From Rhizaria sp. SCN 62-66 (lineage: Eukaryota), in contig MEDY01000323.1 in NCBI GenBank assembly GCA_001724265.1, positions 1 through 34,334 on the forward strand: a DNA stretch of 34,334 nt. Direction: 5' to 3'. How positions within the stretch are numbered: the first letter of the stretch is position 1; every line of letters starts with the position of its first letter. Made by a program: the position numbers and the translations under genes. The notes beneath the pieces were generated by a model. That model worked only from the letters and a program-made list of their open reading frames with translations. It was not told where the DNA came from and searched no databases. Positions 10,662-21,129 of this stretch are shown here, piece after piece.

Positions 10662-13600
10662 ATGCGCATCAAGGTCGCAGTCGCTTTTGTCATGGCCATT
10701 TTGGCCATGGCATGGGCTGCTGCTGAGCCCGAGGTGAGCGCCTTGCAGTCCGCCAGTGCCTCCTCCCAGGAGGTTCTTGCGCTGGACAGCGATGTTGCGT
10801 ACGAGATCAACGATATGTTCGATACGTCTCTCGTCGAGGTACGTTCCCTCTTTCAGATCCCAACTAAATCCGACCCCATTTGCCCCTTGAAATCCGTTCC
10901 GGTAGGAGCCACCCCATGCCGACCCTGGTCTCCTTTGCACGTTGCTTACCTTCCGACTTTACCCACCTTTTCCCCCCAATTTCGCCCTTGCTTTATAGAC
11001 TGATGCTGAGGCTGAAGTCGAGATTGACTCCGAGTCTGAGTCTGAGGTCGAGCGCCGCCGCCGCCGTCGCCGTGGTGGCCGTCGCTGCCGCAAGCTCCGC
11101 CGCCGCCAGCGCCGCCAGCTCAAGAACCTCCGCCGCCAGCTTGCTGCTCTGAAGAAGCGTGGCAAGACTGCTCGCAACAAGTCTTTCCGCCGTGTTCGTA
11201 AGGCCATCCGTCGCCTCCGTGGCTGCCGTGGTGGCCGCCGTGGACGTCGTGGAGGCCGCCGCTGCCGCAAGCTCCGCCGTCGCCAGCGCCGCCAGCTCAA
11301 GAACCTGCGTCGCCAGCTTGCTGCTCTGAAGAAGCGTGGCAAGACTGCTCGCAACAAGTCTTTCCGCCGTGTTCGTAAGGCCATCCATCGCCTCCGTGGC
11401 TGCCGTGGTGGCCGCCGTGGACGTGGTCGTAAGCTCACTCCTGCCCAGCGTGCCCGCCTCATCCGCCTACGCCGCACTCTTAAGACGCTCCGCCGCTCCC
11501 GTCAGGGCAAGTCTCCTCGCGCCAAGAAGATCCGCCGCGCGATCCGCAAGCTCACCGGTGGCCGTCGCCGCCGTGGTGGCCGCAAGCTCAACCCTGCCCA
11601 GCGCGCTCGTCTTAACAAGCTTCGCCGCACTCTCCGCCAGCTTCGCCGCTCCCGTCAGGGCAAGTCCCCCCGTGCCAAGAAGATCCGCCGTGCGATCCGC
11701 AAGCTCCGTGGTGGTCGCCGTGGCCGTGGCCGCAAGCTCAACCCTGCCCAGCGCAAGCGCGTGAAGGACATCCGCCGCAAGCTGCACGCTCTCCGCCGCA
11801 CTAAGCAGACCAAGTCTGCTCAGTTCCGCCAGCTGCGCCGTGCTCTCCGCGCCCTCGTCGGCCGCCGCCGTGGCCCCCGCATGACCCCTGCTCAGCGCCG
11901 CGCCCGCAAGGCGCTCCGCCGCCAGATCAAGGCGTTCCGCGGCGACCGCAAGAGCAAGCAGTTCCGCAAGCTTCTCCACCGCGCCCGTGCTATCAAGCTC
12001 CAGGCCAAGCGCAACGCCATGCGCCACCGCGTCCAGAAGATCAAGAAGGCCCTCAAGCAGCTCCGTGCCCGCAACCAGACCAAGACTGCTGCGTACCGCA
12101 AGCTCCGCGCCAAGCTGGCTCACGCCCGCCGCCGCGTAGCTGGCCGCAACCGCCTCAACCCTGCTGAGCGTGCCAAGCTTGCCAAGCTCCGCCGCCGCCT
12201 CCGCAACATGCGCCGCTCTCGCCAGACCAAGACTGCTGCTTACCGCCGCACTCGCCACGCCGTCAAGCGCCTGCAGACCAAGGCCCGTGGCCGTCTCCCG
12301 CGCCTCAATGCCGTCCAGCGCCGCCGCGTCCAGAAGCTGCAGGCCGCGCTCCGTAGCATGCGCCGTGCCCGCCAGACCCGCTCGTGGCGCTACCGCAACA
12401 CCCGCGCCAAGATCAACCGCGTCTACGCGCAGGCCCGCCACCAGATCTGGGTCCGCAACCACCGCAAGCACCTGATGCGCCGCATCCGCAAGACTCAGCG
12501 CAAGCTTAACCAGCTTAAGGTTGTTGGCAAGACCAAGGGCCGCACCGTTCGCCGCCTCCAGCGCCGCCTGAACCGCCTTCGTGCGGCTCACCGCCACCCC
12601 CGCTGGCTCTCTGCCTACGCCAAGAAGCAGATCCGCATCCTCAAGAAGCGTCTCCGCCGCATGCGCAAGGCCCAGAAGACCAAGTTCCCCAAGTACCGCA
12701 AGCTCCGCCGCCGCCTCGCTCACATCCGCAAGCACGGCGCTAAGAAGCCCCGCTCCCTTGGCCGTCACCTCCTGGTCCGCATGCAGCGCGCCCTCAACAA
12801 GCTCCGCGCCACCGGCCAGGGCACCTCGAAGCAGGCCCGCAAGCTCGTCCGCCGCATCAACAAGGTCCGCCGCATCTCTCGCAAGATGGTTAAGGCTCGC
12901 AAGAGTGGTAACCGCATCCTGTTCAACAAGCTCCGCCAGAAGCTCCGCAACATGGCCCGCCCCGCGCGCCCCATGACCCTCAAGCAGCGCATCCGCCGCC
13001 TGTCGAACCGCATCCAGAAGATCAGCAACCACCTTAACCGCGCCAAGGCGACTGGTGACAACCAGAAGGTCGAGCGCCTCACCAAGAAGGTCGAGCGCAT
13101 GCGCTCCAAGATCGAGAAGCTCCGTCGCCGCCAGGAGATGGATGACCGTTTCAAGGTTATGGGCACTACCAACCAGAACAACTCGACCCGTGGCTCCCGC
13201 AGCTCCTTCACTGGCCGTCCCTCCCGCGTCACGCGCCGCTTCCTCCGCAACACTAACAGCATCGCCAGCCGCCTCGCGGCGATGGCCGGCTCGGCCCAGA
13301 ACCAGGAGATGGTGAACAAGATCAAGGAGGTCCAGACCCGTATCTTCTCTGCCCGTGCCACGATTGCCCGTCGCATGAAGGCGGCCAAGGTCATGAAGGC
13401 CCGTGCCATGCGCATGGCCTCCAAGGCCGAGTACGACAAGAAGCGCTACGAGGTCCGCCGCTCCCGTAAGTGGCTCCGTCGCCTCCGCCGCGACCGCCGC
13501 CGTGCCGCCAAGCTGAACCGCCGCGCCGAGCGCCAGGCCAAGTACGCCCAGAGCATTGCCACCCGCGCCCGCACCGCGATCAAGGCTGACCGCGTTGTCG

Positions 13601-14010
13601 CCAACACCCAGCACCTCCAGCTCCGCGACGCGCTCCCCGCCGAGGCCCGCCCTCTGCTCGACGAGCTCGCGCAGTCGTACACCAACGCCGAGAACCAGAT
13701 CCGCGGCGAGATCCAGCAGCACCGCGTGCCGCCCACCAACATCGAGTACGTGCCCCCCGCCAAGACGGCCCCCATCCAGGCCATGGTCAACACCGCGGCC
13801 GCTCCCGTCACCGCCCTCCCCGGCTCCAAGCTCCCTGCCCCCGGCACCGGCCTGCTTGTTGACCCCAACTACAAGGGCATGACCGCGGCTCAGGCTGAGG
13901 CGATGTATGCGCGGCTTCGCGAACAAAACAAGTATCGAGATTTCTCTAGCGAGTTCATCGATAAGCACCTCGGCACTACTGCCCAGATCCCTCCTTCCAA
14001 CACGGTCTAA
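10662..14010 (+). CDS. Secreted, extremely Arg/Lys-rich helical-repeat protein with acidic pro-region, 1062 aa, 2 exons
   Basis: Exons 10662-10838 and 10999-14010; intron 10839-10998 (GTACGT...TAG). Exon 2 is in frame with the 11761..14010 ORF. Signal peptide MRIKVAVAFVMAILAMAWA, acidic ...SLVE|TDAEAEVEIDSESESEVE, then RRRRRRRGGRRCRKL... Strong CGC/AAG/CTC codon bias. Confidence 0.9.
11074..11760 (+). repeat. Internal coding repeats of the cationic protein: a 177-bp near-perfect duplication, then ~150-bp units
   Basis: CRKLRRRQRRQLKNL starts at 11086 and 11263 (period 177). RKL(T/N)PAQR starts at 11428, 11581 and 11731 (periods 153 and 150). Confidence 0.9.
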
Positions 14011-14267
14011 GTGTGCACACAAGAAAAAAGATGAAACAGGAGATGGTTGTCGTATACGTCTTTCGTCTCGGCACTGCAGAAAGAACTTTGTGTAGTGCTT
14101 TTGAACTCTCTTCTTTTCAGTATCTACCGTGTCCTCAAAAGTGTGTGTGTGTTGTATCAAAGCGTTTTGGATTCTGACTCTGTTCTTCAGTGTTGGTTTG
14201 TGGTCGGAGGAATGAAAAAATGTATGCAGCTACAGCTTATGTGCTTACAACTCTTTTTATACAAAAC

Positions 14268-14348
14268 GATAATCAGTTTATTACAAAATACCCCCTCAAC
14301 AACTCAAAGATAATCAGTTTATTACAAAATACCCCCTCAACAACTCAA
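14268..14348. repeat. Tandem duplication of a 40-bp sequence (period 41) downstream of the cationic-protein gene
   Basis: gataatcagtttattacaaaataccccctcaacaactcaa at 14268 and at 14309, identical. Confidence 0.9.
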
Positions 14349-14860
14349 TAATAGTGTGTTTTTTACCAGCCTGCTCTGCTCGGGATCTCAGTTTCGCTCC
14401 TTCCCGGAGCGTGAGTCAAGGGCGATGTGTTTCGACCATGCACCGTTGGAATTCAACGTAATTTTGATGTTTGCTATGAATATTGAGTTGAATTTTTATG
14501 GATGTATGCTCTCCCTTATTCATCACTCCGAAATTTGTCATAGAGATGGATATTAAGAAAGCATTTTAGATCGGCCATCGCCGAGTGGTGTGAGCCCTGT
14601 GGCTCCACAACTACGATCACAGGACGTTGCCCTAAAAAGTATTGTAAACAGCATGCTTGAAATCCCCTACATTACACACATTCAAGACTCTTCATGTCAA
14701 CTTGAAACGAAAGAACAGTCACATCTTGCGTCAGTAACCTCACCTGTTTCCCGTCGTTTGCCCTCGCTTACACTGACCTCAACCTACTTCTTTTGCCGAC
14801 TGATAAAGCCTCACCCCAGAACAAGTTTGGGCTGCCTACAGGCTTCATCGCAACGAAAAC

Positions 14861-15898
14861 ATGAGCGGGCGTGGTGTTAAGCGTGCCACAAAGCCGCCCG
14901 CGCAGCCTAGTACGTCGAAAGATATCATCATTTGTCGCACGCTCCTCCTTCGCACCACTAGTCTCTCCCATGGACTCTCGCACCTTCTAACACATCTTTC
15001 AACTTGTATTTTATCATTCGAACCTGCTCTTGTTTCTTTAGAAGCGGCGAAGGGTGCCAGTGCGCGCTCCGCTGCCGCTGCAGCGTCCGCCGCCTCCGCG
15101 AGCGCTGACGGCGATAACGACAACGACGACGACGATGATGACGGCGACGCCAAGGGTGGCAGCAAGTCCCGCGGTGAGAAATCCCTCGGTAAGATCACCC
15201 AAAAAGTTGTTGAGCTTCTTAAGTCTTCCCCCGACGGCGTTGTTGATCTGAACCAGGCCTCGATCGAGCTCGACGTGGCCAAGCGCCGCATGTACGACAT
15301 CACGGCCGTGCTGGAGGGCATCGGAGTTATCGACAAGCGCGGCGTCAACTCGATCCAGTGGCGTGGCTCCGACTCGGACGCTCAGTCGCGCACGCAAGAG
15401 CTGCAGGCCGAGTACGCCGGTTACGAGCGCGAGGAGCGCGAGCTCGACGAGCAGCTCGCGCGCATGCAGCGCACCGTCGAAGGGCTGCTAGCGCCGCAGA
15501 ATCCTGACAACAGGCACGTGTTCATCAGCCCCGCGGACCTGATGGACGTGCGCGCTTACCGCGACTCCGGTCTGCTCGCGCTCAAGGCGCCCGCCGGCGC
15601 GCTGCTCAACATGATGGAGCCCACCGTGGAGGCGCTGAACGCCGCCGCAGCCGCTAGGGCGGCGCTGGCTAACGGCAATGGCAGCGCGAGTGCGGGCGCT
15701 GGCGCGACTGAGGCTGGCGTTAAGACCGAGTCGCAGCATCACTTGTATCATGAAGAGTTCATGCCGTATAAGATTTACGTCAAGTCTGAGCACGGACAGG
15801 TCGAAGTAAGTATGCAACAACTCCAGAGTTCGGGCAGCGGTGCGGTGAAGGCTCAGGAACGCGAGGTTGAGGTGAAGCTTGAGGGTACTGAGAATTGA
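14861..15898 (+). CDS. E2F: E2F-family transcription factor, ~301 aa, 2 exons
   Basis: Winged-helix domain RGEKSLGKITQKVVELL..DGVVDLN...KRRMYDITAVLEGIGVIDK...IQW, then coiled coil and marked-box-like YKIYVKSEHGQVEV. In-frame intron 14910-15041 (GTACGT...TAG, 132 nt). Confidence 0.92.
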   Translation: MSGRGVKRATKPPAQPSTSKDIIICRTLLLRTTSLSHGLSHLLTHLSTCILSFEPALVSLEAAKGASARSAAAAASAASASADGDNDNDDDDDDGDAKGGSKSRGEKSLGKITQKVVELLKSSPDGVVDLNQASIELDVAKRRMYDITAVLEGIGVIDKRGVNSIQWRGSDSDAQSRTQELQAEYAGYEREERELDEQLARMQRTVEGLLAPQNPDNRHVFISPADLMDVRAYRDSGLLALKAPAGALLNMMEPTVEALNAAAAARAALANGNGSASAGAGATEAGVKTESQHHLYHEEFMPYKIYVKSEHGQVEVSMQQLQSSGSGAVKAQEREVEVKLEGTEN

Positions 15899-18800
15899 AT
15901 GACTTCCCGTTGTGTCGTTACTGTATGTACGGGCTAATTTCAAGGAGATTGTTCTTCATTTCTCCTGTCATAACAGTCTCATGGCCGGCCATGTCGATGG
16001 TCAAAGACGGAACTCAAAGCACTTCCTTTTGAGTCAAAGCTGTCGTGAAAAATGTTACAGTAGTAGGACAAGACATAGATGCACTAATACACATCTATAT
16101 TGATAGACACTCTTTTGAATGCTGGTCAAACAGAAGTGTTCATCTCTCCTCTATTTGTTTGTTCCTGCTTAGATCGATTTGGGACTTATCGTATCCTCGA
16201 ATATACCAGCTCTTGTGTCAAAAATATTATCAACACATTGCGATCCTTCTTATTAAATGGCAAAAACGAATAACTTGTTGGATTCAGATCAATTGAATGA
16301 TTTATGAAACTTGCTGTTAAACTGTTGTGTGTAAACTATGCTGTGAGTGTGATTGTGCGAGATAGTATGACAACACTGGGCTCTAATAGGCGCAGATGGA
16401 TGCGTAGATACTCATACAAATTCTGAAAATAACACTGGCAACAACGAAACTGAACGTTCTTGAAAGGTAACAGTCCTTTTGTTGGCACACCGAAACTCAC
16501 ACTGCTGTGGAACTCGGCTATGGAACTGAAGTTTCAAGTTATAATTCTGTGGAAATAATAGTTACTGGAAAAACATCTGTAAATTTCATAAATATTTTGC
16601 TATCCAAACTAGGTGCAGGAATCCAAGTCTGGGTGTGTCTACGATTTGGCATGATTCTTCGATCTGATATTAGACTTAAAACATAGACGAACGATAATGA
16701 GTACCCATTCTTCACTTCTTACATGCTTATATTGAGTTATGCAAAAATTTTACGAACAATATTACCATATTTATCAAATAATTCTATATATCTTTAGAAT
16801 AAAAACTATTATATTAACATAATCTACGGTTAACATGTGCTATGACTGCATTAAAAGCAATGTCACAATCAGTAAGCAGTTACAAGTGGGCAGGTAGATC
16901 CTAGACGGGACCGTGTTGACATCGTGCTCATGTGTATCATCAAGCTTTATCTGCTTAAATAAGTTTGAAATAAGTTTCCACAAGATACTCAAATGTTTTT
17001 ATGTTTCTACATTTCTCTTTTGCCGCTGCCGCTTCACTTTCGTGATGCCTGTGCTTGCAATGCCTGCGGTCTGTTGCCGCTACCCTTGCGCCTGTTACTG
17101 TTGTTCTTATCCAACACTATAACAATCTAGAAAACGTATTTTTTGTTGCTTTTACATATTTTAAGTATGTACCAGCATTTTTTTTACAGTAACTTTTCCA
17201 TTGAACAAGATTACACAGTGTCTGCACGAATAATAGGAATGAGGGTTTCATAACGTGGTTGAGCGACCTGTCTGGCGTAAATGTGAAGAAATCATATGAC
17301 ACCGTCCGTTTATCAGTATAAAACTCACGGTGACAATTCATCTGTTAGCAATCTATAGGATATCATTGAATCAAAACGAGGTGCTGCATTTTAAGTGAGA
17401 TGTTAGTAAAGGTTGCCATGAGATGATTCCGACAGAAAATTAGAGCAGTTTGACCGAAATCAACAAATGTTGAAGCTTGGGTTGAATCACGTTTGAATTT
17501 GTAAATTAAAAGCAAAATCACATTTATAAGTTATTTTTACAAGGGCTTTTTAGTTATTAAAAAGAATAACTATTGTTTAGCTGAGATGTATCGAGTTAAG
17601 TTTTGATGACTGGGTCGGGAGCTCGAAGGGCGGAGGAGGATGACCTGCCCACCATTTCATCGCGTCATCATATTTACTTGTGACTGCAATATTAATGCAT
17701 TAAATTTCTGTAATTAAAATTATTAGAAGTGTTTATATTCAGTACTAGAGATTTATTTGTGTTTGTGCCGTATTTATTGCACATATAAGCATCCTTTCAA
17801 AACTGCTTCTCGGGCAGTCAAAACGCTGTCCCTCCTTCATTTCACCAAATCAAAGGTTTCATCATCAGACAATGTATGCATTCTTTTATATTATAGTTTA
17901 CCGCTTAGTTGCGTAATTTTTCAAGTGTTTTCGCGAGTATTATCTAGAGGAGACTTTGTTTGACTCCGCTATATCAACTGGTCTGCGATGCTATGCTGCC
18001 GACGACATGATTTGCGACGTCCGCGCTCCAACCACGCTCGCAACTTAGTCCTTGGCTGATTTGTTGGGAAAACTGCGTGGCAGCATTGCCCTTACGCTCT
18101 GTTGTGTGGAAAACGTGATTAAATGTTGCGTTACTGAGCAGAACACCGCGCCACAGCGTTCCGCTGAATGTGACTCATTTTCTAATAATCGCACCACTCG
18201 CATCTTTGAGTTTTGCGTTACGCTTGCTTTTAAGGTCAAATTGTGTCTTTTCCTGTTGCGAAAACGCATCGCTAGGCGTTGATACAACCTTATGGCTTTA
18301 TTGGCGGAGCGGTTTAATCATAATATTGTTGTTTTATGTCATTTCTGGTGTGGTGGCGCGAGCGCAGCTTCGTGCAATAATCTGTTCAAGTTCTTCATAA
18401 CGCACCGTTGACAGCACCACTAATGTCAGCTGCGCGCCAAAGGCCCTGCTGACCCCGGATTTATCTTACATGACCTGGGTCCGCCCGCGCGCGTTAGCAG
18501 AGGACCTCAGCTTCCTCCCTCTTCGCTCTCACCCATGTTCGAAGATGTTCATGTCGTTTGCCGATTGAACAACGAGCGTAACCACCTGGATCAACCCAGA
18601 GGAGACGAGTTGGCAAACTTAGATTTCGTGATATCTCTGCCAGTGTCAAAATGACAATTAATTAACTAACTTTTTTTGATGTCACTTATAGTTTTAATTT
18701 CGGATATTTATTTTTTTGTTTGAACAACAAGTATTATAGCTCGATATGTCTCACGGGAGGCGACATTTTTCTTGTGATGAAGATATACGCACCAAGACAA

Positions 18801-19216
18801 ACAAAAACTTGACTTTGAATAAAGAAAGTATTTTTATCGCATGACAAATAATATGTGAACGCTAAGATAAAACAAAACTACAATCAAAAATCTCAAGATA
18901 TGTTTACAAAGCCAATAAAGCGACTCTCTGAATTCAGCCTCTCCACAGGTTGTAGCAGGTGGGTGTGCGGAAAGCTGGGCGAACCTCAGGCCCGTCGGGA
19001 CCGTGAGCCGGCCCCAATAGACACCGCTGAGTACGCGCTTGCGGAGGAGAGAAAAATTTGAATTTTCGAATTCTGCCTGAGTTAAAAACTTACGGCTTTT
19101 CCAACTTAAACTCGTGCGACACGACTTTATTTCACGAACAAATGACTTGATCTCATCTTTTTATTTGTTTTCATATTTCCTGCACTTCTGCGCTGCGTAT
19201 ATTTAGTAGTAAAACA

Positions 19217-19804
19217 ATGTCTACTTTCGAGAACATGGTTTTCGAGGCCATCGCTGCCCTCAAGGAGCGCAACGGCTCCTCGCGCCCCGCCATCAAGAAG
19301 TGGCTCGAGGCCAACAAGCCCGAGGCTGCCAAGAGCGACGTCTTCGAGCGCAACCTCAAGGCTGCGTTCAAGCGCATCCAGGACAAGGAGCTCGTCACCG
19401 TCGTCGGTGCTTCCTTCAAGCTCAACGATGCTTCTAAGGCTGCTGTCAAGAAGGCTGCTGGCGCTGCCAAGAAGGCCGCTGCCCCCGCCAAGAAGGCTGC
19501 TGCTAAGAAGCCCGCTGCCAAGAAGGCCGCCGCCCCTAAGAAGGCTGCTGCCCCCAAGGCTGAGAAGGCTGAGGCTGCCCCCAAGAAGGCTGCCGCTGCC
19601 AAGAAGCCCGCTGCTAAGAAGGCTGCCCCCGCCAAGAAGGAGGCTGCCGCTAAGAAGGCTGCTCCCAAGAAGGAGGCTGCCCCCGCCAAGAAGCCCGCCG
19701 CGAAGAAGGCTGCTGCTAAGCCCGCTGCCAAGAAGGCTGCTGCTAAGCCGGCTGCCAAGAAGGCTGCCCCCAAGGCCGCCGCCAAGAAGGTCTCCAAGAA
19801 GTAA
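19217..19804 (+). CDS. H1: Linker histone H1, 195 aa
   Basis: Globular domain TFENMVFEAIAALKERNGSSRPAIKKWL...GASFKL followed by a Lys/Ala/Pro-rich tail (KKPAAKKAA repeats). Confidence 0.95.
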   Translation: MSTFENMVFEAIAALKERNGSSRPAIKKWLEANKPEAAKSDVFERNLKAAFKRIQDKELVTVVGASFKLNDASKAAVKKAAGAAKKAAAPAKKAAAKKPAAKKAAAPKKAAAPKAEKAEAAPKKAAAAKKPAAKKAAPAKKEAAAKKAAPKKEAAPAKKPAAKKAAAKPAAKKAAAKPAAKKAAPKAAAKKVSKK

Positions 19805-19933
19805 GTTAATCAGCTTGCTGACGTTACTCACTCTCTGTGTCTCTAAGGAGAGATAAAGCATCGCTGTGTCTCTTCATGTGGCATTGACTCACTTTTCAAA
19901 ATAACACCCCCAAAAACCGACAAAAATAACTCT

Positions 19934-19949
19934 GGCGTTTTTCAACGCC
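19934..19949 (+). promoter_or_regulatory. Histone 3' UTR-type stem-loop
   Basis: GGCGTT-TTTC-AACGCC: 6-bp stem with two basal G-C pairs, top U-A pair and UUUC loop, followed by TCCCCA; 130 nt after the H1 stop. Confidence 0.6.
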
Positions 19950-21129
19950 TCCCCAACTATGAGTTCAACAACAAACAAAAGTGACTACACTAGCTTCTCT
20001 CTTGATTGATTACATTCCACAATTGTCTTGGTGTCTTTGTTCTGTGCTGCAATGCCTTTGATTTCAGAGATTTTACATAGATCATACATAAATGACAGTG
20101 ATTTACCCCTTTTAATATCTCGTCCGGCGATGTGTCCCTCCCACACACGATCACGATTTTGCTTATTACGCAAAATATTCGGTATATATGGACGCCATTT
20201 CATGCCAAGTCAAAGTGTAAAGTATACTACGTGTCTGTATACCTGGGTCTATCGGTAGAATTTAAATTGGTTTCAGTTAATTCCATGTCCTGTGCTTTTG
20301 AAAGAGCCCGTGGGTACGCGACCCCTGATCTTGCTAAGATGCTTTCGCGGTAGATACAGCACGATATTCGGTCTAGATAACAAATCAACTACTATCACTT
20401 CATAAAACCCCGTGCTGTCTTTCTGGATTATGTCGTTACATGTGAAACTATCGCGGAAATGTTGCGCTAGAAAGAAAGAGAAATAGCGCGCGAAACTGAG
20501 ACCTAACGGTCGAATCGCGCAGGGGTTCCGCAATAAAGGACGATAAAACACACTAAACACCCATAGCCAACAGTAAAAACGCCAAAGCAGCTATATCGTC
20601 GTTTGTCCTTGTGTGCAGTCGTAATATCTTAATCTTATCAAAGCAGGAATAGCAAGAGAAGCGCAATAATTCGAAACAGGTCAGCCACCTCGGTCAGATG
20701 ACTCGTCAGGTACTCTTCAGTGCAAAGAGAGCAGAACAAAACTCCATGACTTAGACATCAAGCCTGGTGAACACAGATATATAGCCACTTTCTTGGTGTC
20801 AATGCACTCTGAATGCGAGACTAAGCACAGCGTCGCGCAGCAACTCATGCACAACAAATAACCGCCAGTCATAGAGCAAAACATGATCACACAGTGCCCG
20901 CTCCGTATACAGTCATACTGTACGTAAACAGTCACAGCATTCGCTCAGTTTGCCCACTAGTGCTCACAAGCACTCTGAGTTGCTTGCTGCTCGCTTCCCG
21001 TCGCACAGTGCACTCACTCTACGTCGTACACTCACTTTTCGTTGCTCGTGCTCCCCTCGCCGACCATTGATCCATCCGCATCACCAGCTGACTCCGCGCC
21101 GTTCCCCGTCGGCGCGACGCCTTCGCTGC

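Noticed and set aside
11467-14160. 897-aa antisense ORF (also 3457-4722, 19127-19861, 20950-22653, 25004-25999, 29495-30553)
   Set aside because: Shadow ORFs from the GC-rich, biased codon usage of the real gene on the opposite strand; no recognisable motifs.
14572-14640. tRNA-like GCCGAGTGGT motif
   Set aside because: No cloverleaf or T-loop GTTCRA downstream.
14910-15041. Treating stop-free in-frame segments in E2F and at 9278-9421 as coding
   Set aside because: Both have GTACGT donors, pyrimidine-rich acceptors, typical intron length and lower GC; best read as introns.
15900-18300. Short ORFs or a mobile element in the long AT-rich gap
   Set aside because: No codon bias, terminal repeats or transposase/RT motifs that I can recognise.
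19801-19847. Possible intron starting at GTAAGT overlapping the H1 stop codon
   Set aside because: 47 nt is far shorter than other introns here, and the Lys-rich tail ends naturally at TAA; cannot be excluded without RNA data.
20343-20494. E2F-site-like motifs (TTTCGCGG, GCGCGAAA) near H1
   Set aside because: They lie between two convergent 3' ends, not in a promoter; short motifs expected by chance.
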